Assembly: GCF_018350175.1 (NCBI RefSeq)
Contig: NC_058368.1
Location: 51,833,815-51,897,814 of the forward strand
DNA length: 64,000 bases
Reading direction: 5' to 3'
Source of the DNA: Felis catus
Lineage: Eukaryota
The position numbers were made by a program, and so were the translations under genes. Positions 54,395 through 64,000 of the stretch are shown piece by piece. Positions within the stretch are counted from its first letter, which is position 1; every line of letters begins with the position of its first letter. The notes below the pieces were generated by a model that saw nothing but the letters and a program-made list of their open reading frames with translations, made no database searches and was not told where the DNA came from.

Positions 54395-55165
54395 TACAGT
54401 TACTATGGAAACCGTTTGTCGGCTTCTTAAAAAACAAACAAACATGCAATTCCCATAGACGCCAGCAAGTTGCAGTCTTAGGCACCTGTCCTAGAACAGT
54501 GGAAATTTTTGTTCACATAAAAACTTATACATGAATGTTTGTAGCAGCTTTATTTGTAACAGCCCCAAACTGGAATGAACTCAGATGTCCTTCAAGAGGT
54601 GAATGGTTAATCAGGCTTCAGTGCTCCCATACCAGGGAGTACTACTCAGCAGTAAGAGGGAGTGGACTGTTGATGCAGGCAGCATCTTGGATGAATCTCC
54701 CAGGAATTCTGCTGAGTGAAAAAAGATCTCAAGAGATTTCATTCTGTGTAATTCCATTTATATAACATTTTGGAGTGAGAAAATTTTACAATTGATGAGG
54801 GTTAGAGACAGGGTGTGGGATCTCAGGAAGGAGGGGGACGTGGTTATAAAAGGGCACCACAAGGGATTTTCATGTTTTGTGGATTTTTGGAACTGTTTAG
54901 TATTTTGACACTGGTGGTGAATATTTGATCATACAGGTGATAACATTGTATGGAACTTAATACTTCCATATATATGAGTAAAACTGAAAATATCTAAACA
55001 AATTGGGTTTGTATCACAATATCCTGGTTGTCATATTGTTTTATAATTTTGCAAAATGCTACCATTGGGGGACACTGGGCAAAGTGCACAAGGGATCTCT
55101 CGGTGTTCTTTCTTAGAACTGCGTGTGAGTCTATAGTTATCTTAATATAAACTCAATTAAAATCC
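54395..55165 (+). mobile_element. Old L1 (L1MC-like) 3' end
   Basis: ORF2 C-terminal remnant MFVAALFVTAPNW followed by 3'UTR ...gggatctctc...gtgtgagtctat. Confidence 0.85.
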
Positions 55166-56199
55166 ATCGACAAGCTTCTCAGGATAAATATAAACATAGA
55201 AGAGATCATTAGCGATGGGACAATGTATCAGTGGCTCTGCAGGAAAGTTAACAAATCTAGGAGTGAACTACCGCAAGGTATTAAAGGCACAATAAGATGT
55301 AGATCACAGAACTGGGCTAGGCTTGGTTTGGAGTTTTATCTTTTCAGGTCAACATAAGTAGAAACAGCCAAGTATCATTTCATTCAAGCACAACAACTTC
55401 CTGTTTTCAAAATTAGTCAAGGCTACTATGAGAAACATGGTAATGCTTATGGAGAGTTTGATAAGATCCATTCAGAGGGAGAAAGTGATTGTTTTATGTT
55501 GTTGTTTAGGAATAGTAAAATAACAGTAATGCTTTCTGAAAATATATGCCTAGACAATTAATGTGAGTTTCAGAAGTTAGGGAGAGACTACTTTAAAAAA
55601 ATTGTGGTATTGACCGTGAGATGAAAGGAATAACTAGAAACTTCCAGTTTGGCTATTTTTAGTTGGTTTTCATTTAGGATAACCCAAAACTATTGAAGAG
55701 TTGAAGTGTCTGTGTGCTTTGAAAAAGATAATATTAGTAACAAATAGAACAGAGAGGTGACCTCGTTAGACAATATTTGTACCCCAGGTTTTGAACTTTG
55801 CTTTGACTTTGAAAGCTGGGGTGGGGAGCAGGAGGAATACCCCCTGGACAGAGATTGGATTATTTGAATTGTCTAACTTATAACATACTGTTTGTAATGA
55901 TGATGAATAGCTTTTCCTGAGTATCTCTCCAGATTTCTTAAGGGATCATTTGGGGAAATTGGCAGACACTGATTGATGAACTGTAGCAGTGTATTTCTTC
56001 TTCATTGGAATTGGGGCAATTTTTTTGCACAACAGGATAGTCTAATCTTAGACATCTGTTTGGTAGGTAAATGTATCTGTTTTCTTGGGACGTAACAAAC
56101 TATGAACAAGATAGTGGCCTTCATTTGAATTATTTGACAGAAATTTTCTTCTGATGCTTAACTGCAACTTAATTTTTGCTGGATTGAGATGTCTCATGA

Positions 56200-56595
<396 letters not shown>

Positions 56596-58521
56596 TAGTG
56601 TGCTTTGATCTTTCATATAGGGCCAAGAAATGGTTTTAATGTCAGTATAAATAATTGCTAAATGTTTCCCAGATTTATTAAGTATATCTTCAAGAACTTA
56701 CCAGTATGGTCTGAGTTGAAATCTAAAATTGACCAGTTTCTGATCACGTGTCCCAGACTGACAGACTTACAGCTTCAAGAAAACCACCACGACGTGGCCA
56801 GCACAGGATGAGTCATGCATATGGGGCATCTTTATGTGGTTGCTAGTTCAGAGGCAGGACGGGCAGGTGGTGCTGGCTGAGTTCACAGTGGAGATCCGTG
56901 GAGCCCATCGCACTGAGCGGTGTCTTCTTTCCTCTCCTGCCACCTCAGTCCCGCACTGCCTGCTCCTGTCACGCGGTAATGGATGGGAAGCATGGATGGT
57001 GATGCTTGTGCACATCCTGATTTAGGACAAGTTTGGATGTGTCTTTCCCTCTGACATCTAGAAGTAAGATCTGTGTACCAGGAGGGATACGGAGGCTGAT
57101 ACTTGGCGTGGTAACAGGAAGTTGATCTGCCCCAGCGTGACTGTCAACGTGGTGGGTCAGAGTATGTGTCATTCTCTTGTGTGTTTTTTCCTTTCTCCAT
57201 ATTCACTGTTAGTCTTACTTCCCCAATCCAGGAGGTACGGTCCTTGACCTCCAGCAGACTAGGGAGAACAATCATGTAATATTCTAAGCCTGCTATGATT
57301 TTGTACCAATGACCAGTCAGATTTCACATGCAAATCCTGTATAATATGGAGAAATAAACCGTATTTATAATTACAGCTCTTAATTATTACATAGCACCAT
57401 TTCTCAAAGCTGGGCCCAGGAGTGGTGAAGCAGCCTATTTAAAAGGACTGCAGGGCCAAATACAAATTGTATTCATGATCACCATGTTTTTTGTTTTTAC
57501 CTTCTCTTCTTCTGTACATGTATCATTCGTGCTAATTGAGAGATCCTTTGAAACTATTGAACATTTCAGTCGTAATTTCTCTTCTAGTATTTCCAGATAT
57601 CAAATTTAAAAGGAAAAAAAGTGGCAGCTAAGGCATGTTGTAGTAACTAATTTATTAATGCTCATAATGCCAGAAAAGCGGTGTATTCCATGTGCGTCTT
57701 GAAAGTCTGCCTCGCTTTGAAATCGAGGAAAAGGACGCCTCGAGTTGTTGCTCTGATGGTTGTCAGGTGTCTTAAAACATCGTATCCTAGTTGCCCAGCA
57801 GACGCTGGCCCCGCTGCTTGCTCCGTGTTGCCAGCGGATTGTTGTCTTCCCTTAGAAGAGGGGTTTCACCTTACACCGAGCACCACGATGAAAAGGATCG
57901 GTTTCCCTGGACCTGCGCTGTGATGACTCCCATAAGGAAAGCAGAGGCACCCCACAGCTTAGCGTCCAACAGTGGCAGTTTCATTTTTCCTAAAAGGCCT
58001 GGGCTCCATGCGCAAAGGAAAATCGAATACGACCACGGTTTTCTGGACTGGACTTGTGGCCGATTAACTTGGGGGTTGAGAGTGCAGGCTCTGGAGTCCA
58101 GTCTTGTCCCACCACTTCCGTCTTTCACAGGTCCCTCGGGTCTCCATACACGTTGCTTTCTTTGGCTATAAAATGTGGACAAATAATACCTCTTTCTCGG
58201 AAAACTTAGGTATAATTTCACATCAAATCATCCGGTACATACTCTTCCAACCTAAGGAACAAATGAAATAATGACCCTTGCACTGCCTGGATGAAAAGTG
58301 CTGGGAAAGTAAATAACGACTGACTGTCTCCCCTCCCACCCTCATTTTAAAAAAATGTGACTCAGATAACTGACCCTTCATTTGTTACCATGGAATATCA
58401 GTTGAACAAAATTGTGAAATAAGAGTGGCAGCTTTGAAACTAGGCCATCGTATTTTTTCTAAATTCCTAAAATAATATGGATAGGAGAGAATAAATTAGC
58501 GATCCATTTAAAATGACTAAA

Positions 58522-58750
58522 GGGGCACCTGGGTGGCTAAGCCGGTTAAGTGTCCAACTCTTGGCTTCGGCTCAGGTCATGACCTCTTGGCTCGGTGCTT
58601 TCAAGCCCCGAATCTGGCTCTGTGTTGGCAGCGAGGGGCAGCTTGGGATTCTCCCTCCCTCCCTCCCTCCCTCCCTCCCTCCCTCTCTCTCTGCTTCTCC
58701 CCCACTCATGCTATCTCTGTCTCTCTCAAATCAACTTTAAAAACTAAATA
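58522..58750 (+). mobile_element. CAN-SINE
   Basis: TSD AAAATGACTAA. Confidence 0.92.
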
Positions 58751-58855
58751 AAAATGACTAACAAGAAGTCACCAGTGCATATTTATGTTTATTGCTTTCG
58801 TAGCTCCAGCGCTGCCTAGGTTCAGAAAAGAAGGCTCTTAAAATTTATGGGATCA

Positions 58856-59078
58856 GGGTGCCTGGGTGGCTCAGTCGGTTGAGCGTCATGAGACTTCGGC
58901 TGAGGTCATGATCTTGCAGTTGTGAGTTCGAGTCCCGCGTCAGGCTGTGTGCTGACAGCTCAGAGACTGGAGCCTGCTTCAGATTCTGTGTCTCCCTCTC
59001 TCTCTGCCCCTCCCTCGCTCATACTCTGTCCTTCTCTCTCTCAAGAATAAATAAAACATTAAAAAAAATTTTAAAAAA
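58856..59078 (+). mobile_element. SINEC_Fc-type SINE
   Basis: gggtgcctgggtggctcagtcggttgagcg head; felid body; A tail. Confidence 0.94.
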
Positions 59079-60277
59079 CCGTTATGGGACTATTTATAGG
59101 GGTTATAAAATTAAAAGCGTATTTGGAATAGCTTTCCAGATGTGAACAATGACTAACTCTTGTAGGATCTTTTTAGGGTATGGCAGGGGTTGTCTGTGGC
59201 ATGAGGTTAGCACTGTTAGCCCCGGGCCCTCCCTTGTACCCTGTACTGATTGGAAGGCTAGATCTGATTGGTGGGTAACCACATGTCCCCTTTATTTCTG
59301 AATACTCTTGAGTCTTTGTTTCTTAGAGTGGTAACTCTTGCTGCTGCTTGAGAAATAATAACATGAGAAGACTCCCTTGAATTCTTTCCTCTGTCTGTTC
59401 CTCCAGCTTTCCTTGCTGCACCTCAGTCCTTGAGTGCAAATTGCTGATTTCTTGTGAAGATAGAAATAGAATGTTATTTTTGATTCCTTGAACACTAAAG
59501 CATATATGGTCATTAATGTGATCCACATTGTTTGACAGGAAGAGTGTACCTCATTTCCAGATGGTCCCTGACATCGCTTGTAGATGGGAGCTTCACCCAG
59601 AGGAGAAGTGTTCTAGATATTGACACTTGGAAGCCTTTACTTTTAAGAGCGTATTTCAGATTTAAAGCTTTGTGAGACTGACTTGCTGCTTACAGGAATA
59701 AAGATTGGTTTTTAAAAACAGATACATCTAGATTAATAGAGATTAGAAACACAACCACCACATCTAATGTGTGAACCTTGACTGATCGTGGTTTAGGGGG
59801 AAATGCTTATGAAGGACATTCTTGATGGGAAAATTTTGTATGTGGATTATTAAAACCTATTGTTAATTTGTTTACATGGAGTGAAAGTATTGTGATTGTA
59901 CAGAATTTTCTTATTCTTTGACCCTACCTAAGATTTCAAAGTGCCTGGGTACCTTTAGGTTTAAAATTTAAAAGAAATTGTGGCAGTGGGAAGGTCACAG
60001 TGACTAATTTATTATTGAAGCTCAAAATACCAGGAAGAAAATGTATTCCATGTGCTTAATGGAAGTCATGACATCATATTAAAACTGAGGGAGAAGGCAT
60101 TAGTGTTCAAGTGTCCAGAGGTCTGCAGCTTTTATGTGGCTTCACAGCAAACAATTATGTATATATGTGGAGATGAATTAATTATGGCAAGATGAAAACA
60201 ACTAGCATATCTAGGTGGAAAACATGCAGATACGACACTGCTTTTCAACACTTCTGTATATATGAAAACTTTTTCAA

Positions 60278-60477
60278 CTTTTTAAGATTTATTTATTTTT
60301 GAGAGACACAGAGCAAGTGAGTTGGAGAGGGGCAGAACGAGAGAGAGAGAATCCCAAGCAGACTCCGCACTGTCAGTGCGGAGCCCAATGCGGGGCTCGA
60401 ACTCATGAACCGTGAGATCATGACCTGAGCGGAAACCAAGAGTCGGACGCTTAACCAACTGAGCCACCCAGATGCCG
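60278..60477 (-). mobile_element. CAN-SINE (feliform type)
   Basis: ...cggggctcgaactcatgaaccgtgagatcatgacctgagc... Confidence 0.93.
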
Positions 60478-61479
60478 CTATGGACACTTTCATAGTAAAT
60501 AGTTTGGAAACTGAGAAATGTAGAAACTCAATTCATATTCCAAATGGTAGCATATAATTCTTTCCTTGTGCTCCCTGCAGCTTAAATATAGTCAAAGTAA
60601 TTTAGTCTTGCATTAATAGAAGCTCGCTTTTCATCCAGTTAGTGTGATGTTCCAAAGATCTGGATGTAGACTCTAAGACCAGTCCCTTCTCCCTTATTTC
60701 TCCTACCACACACCGTCTGCCAACATACACATAAATAACGTGTGCTGAATGTATTACATGCCTGCTGCCTGGGGTTAGGAACTTTCACAAGAATTTAGGA
60801 ATATGAAACCTATGGTTGTGCCAAATAGGCCTCAAGGAGATATTGAGGAAAATGGTCAAGAAAACTAACAGTCAGTGGCAGTATTTGAGCATTATTAACT
60901 CTAGAAATACGTACCGGGAATAAGGATGTGTTGTGGGAGTGGAAATACCTCCGCTAGGAGATATACAGAAAAAGCGAGGTCGACATAATCTTCTTTTTGG
61001 TCTCCTCATAGCGCTCTTTACACTTTCTTATTTTACTTTCTTATGCTTATTATGTAAGTATACTTATTACACTTGTTTACTTTTCTGTCTTTTCCCTAGA
61101 CTCCGGCAAAGAGGCAAAAATTGCTGGGCAGGGCTCCAGTGACTGGGTAGAAGTAATGTGAAACAAGCAGTGCAAAGAAGGGGGGAGAAGATGAGTTTGG
61201 TTTTGTCCTTGGACACGTTTTGGATTAGTGTTCAAGTATATCATTTGTTTTCCAATTTAGCTCGAAAGAAAGTGACCGCAAACTTGAGTGCCCTGGTATG
61301 TGTCTGTTGGTGTTTTAGGGCATATACCAATAAAAATAAAAATATCTTGGAGAGTAGGGGGTGCATGAACAGCATGAGATAGTACCGTGGTTTGTAGTCC
61401 CGCAGAGTTCCAAATGTTTCAAATGTTATTTTTCTGTATAATTTGTTCCATTTGGGAAAAATAAGATTTAACGTTAAAT

Positions 61480-62350
61480 TTTAGATTTTCTCTTTAGGAT
61501 GGATAATGGAAACAAGATTGAGAAGACCTGGTTTAGACTATAAACTCAGAGTCAGGGACTGGACCTGTGGTACAGTGTGGTCCCCCCGGCATCTTCTGAG
61601 GTGCCTGGCATTTAGTATATACGTGGTAAATTCCTGTGCCCTTTTTCATTCGGTCACTCCACAGAGTGGGGAAGGGTGGCCCAGTGGAGGGACAGTCCAG
61701 TCTGTGACTGGAGTACGTCACAGATGCAAGAGTGTGGAGCACTGGGCAACTTCCTTCATCCACTGCATGGGAGACTAGGCAGAGGGGTGGGAGTAGCAGG
61801 AGGTAAGGCTGGAGAAGGATGCGGGGCCAAAACCTCGGAGGGTCTCATGTAGGCCATGCCCAGTGGCTTGGGCTTTCAGATGAAGGTGGCAGCGTGATTG
61901 GAAGGCTTTAAGAGGGTGACTGGGTATGTGCTTGTGCTCTTGGGAGACTAGAGCAGGCTGTGTGGGAGAGGAGGCCGAGGAACCGGGTAGGGGACGTGGA
62001 GACCAATTAGGAGGATTTTGTAAAAATGTGAGTGATGAACAATGAGGTCCAAACCAGATGTAGTGGATGATACATTAACTATTAGGCAGAACTGACAGGA
62101 CACGGGAGCGGGGGGGGGGGGGGGGGTATAGAAGGGAGGTGCATCTGAGGAGATGGCCCCAATTTCCGGATTAGAGGACTTGCTGGGCAGGGAGGGTGCA
62201 GCCAGCGGGTCTGAATAAGTGTGGAAGGCGCCGTGTGTGAAGGGGAGGAAGAAGTGAATCCGGTTTTGTACTTGAATGGTTTTGGCTTAGCATTCAAATA
62301 TATCTTTTGTTTTCTGAGCTTGAGCGATCTGTTAGGGGAACTTCAGTTTA
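61480..62350. mobile_element. Ancient L2 remnant (GA-rich orientation)
   Basis: ggaaggctttaagagggtgac, ggagaccaattaggagg and ggaggaagaagtgaat motifs. Confidence 0.6.
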
Positions 62351-62818
62351 GGGACAGTGTGTCTTGTGGTCCTGTGCTGAATTCACAGCTCAGCAGCACG
62401 GGGATCTGTGGGCGACTCTCTGCTGCCCTCTTGTGGCAGCATGTGTGCTCAGCCAGGACAATGAAATGGAAGCGTTCTCTTTTCAGGTCTCAAGAGGTTT
62501 AGTGGCTTACTCATAGTTAAAACTTTCCAGAAGTTAATGTAGTCATGTTGGTGTGATGAGTGGGTATCTCAGAACATGTCAAGTTAGGATTTTAATAATT
62601 TTTTTCCCATTTTTCTATGCTAGGAAGAGATACAGTAGTTGTTAGTTTGGTTCTTTTTTTTTTTTTTAATTACTATGCAATAATTTCTGGTGTCTTTTAA
62701 AACTAAGTGGCTGTTAAGATTATTCTCTAACCTCACTTTGATACAAATTTATCCATTTGTATACAAATAGCTAATTGATTAGCTAATTCCTACTTATTTT
62801 TATAGAACACATTTTTTT

Positions 62819-63039
62819 ATTTTTTATTTTTTTTATTTTTTTTAACGTTTATTTATTTTTGAGACAGAGACAGAGCATGAACGGGGAGGGTCAGAGAGAG
62901 GGAGACACAGAATCCGAAACAGGCTCCAGGCTCTGAGCCATCAGCCCAGAGCCCGACGCGGGGCTTGAACTCACGGACTGCGAGATCATGACCTGAGCCA
63001 AAGTCAGACGCTTAACCGACGGAGCCACCCAGGCGCCCC
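62819..63039 (-). mobile_element. Young SINEC_Fc-type SINE with perfect 15-bp TSD
   Basis: TSD AGAACACATTTTTTT (62804-62818, 63040-63054); long T-rich tail; CpGs intact. Confidence 0.96.
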
Positions 63040-63138
63040 AGAACACATTTTTTTAAACAGTTGCTTGGTAGAGCCTTTCTTGGAGATACTGAGTGTGCTT
63101 TCTATACAGAAGGTTAATTCTATGGTAGCTTGTTATAG

Positions 63139-63423
<285 letters not shown>

Positions 63424-64000
63424 TAATTCGTTAGTAATTTTTAGTTGTAATACAGTTAGAAAACTATCTTACTATTTCATTTTTTTTTCTTTTGCGAACA
63501 TGGCAGGAAACTTTTCTCCTTGTGACTTTTTTTTTTTAACTTCACCATTACAATTGAGTGGTATTTTCATCAGTGCATATGTTATCAATTAATAATTAGT
63601 AAATTATGTTTAATCCTCTAAACCCAAGGATAGCAGTAGAGGCATACACGATGATTAATTTGTTTGCTTGTCGTATGAACAAAAATAACCTCTTCCCTTG
63701 CAGATCTGCTGCTTTCTAGCTATCTCTGCTTGATCCCTTTTCTCTGAAGAAAGCGTATTTGTTCAGTCTTGCTCTTACCTTTGTGCTGTTTTTCACCTTA
63801 GTGTTAGCTTTGTTTCTCTCAAAATGAAGTTATATTTTAGCGTGCAAAGTAGTACTTACCTGCTCCCTTTCAGCTTACCACGCAGTCTGTCATTCATTCT
63901 CTGGATGTTTTACCCAGCAGTGAGCCATGCAACGAGTGTGAAATCTTGTGTTCATACGTTTTTATTTTGTGTGGGGATGTGGTGGTTCCAGGGCCCCCCT

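Overview
Mammalian genomic DNA, almost certainly from a cat-family (feliform) carnivore, judging by the SINEC_Fc-type CAN-SINEs and felid-type L1 3' ends. It contains no prokaryotic systems. The window holds the 5' part of SLAIN1 (SLAIN motif family member 1, a microtubule plus-end tracking protein) on the + strand. There is a CpG-island promoter (~9.7-11.3 kb) and five canonical coding exons (10216-10838, 24139-24278, 54012-54161, 56228-56569, 63251-63406). These join in frame through GT-AG introns (1411 nt, 470 codons), and the gene continues past the window end. The rest is intronic or intergenic and rich in repeats: about 22 CAN-SINEs, L1, L2, MIR, MER5/MER58, MaLR LTRs and microsatellites. 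The best observations not in the ORF track are: (1) a 150-nt in-frame phase 1-1 cassette exon at 52724-52873 resembling the equivalent SLAIN2 segment; (2) a candidate internal promoter and alternative first exon at ~50.4-50.7 kb, with paired SOX sites and a 13-codon ORF that splices in frame to exon 3; (3) two upstream ORFs coupled by a TGATG stop-start overlap; (4) a run of symmetric exons whose back-spliced circles would lack stop codons; (5) a twin-primed 5'-inverted L1 with target-site duplication. I cannot support a wholly new biological system. Repeat family names and comparisons to human proteins are from memory, and repeat boundaries are approximate.
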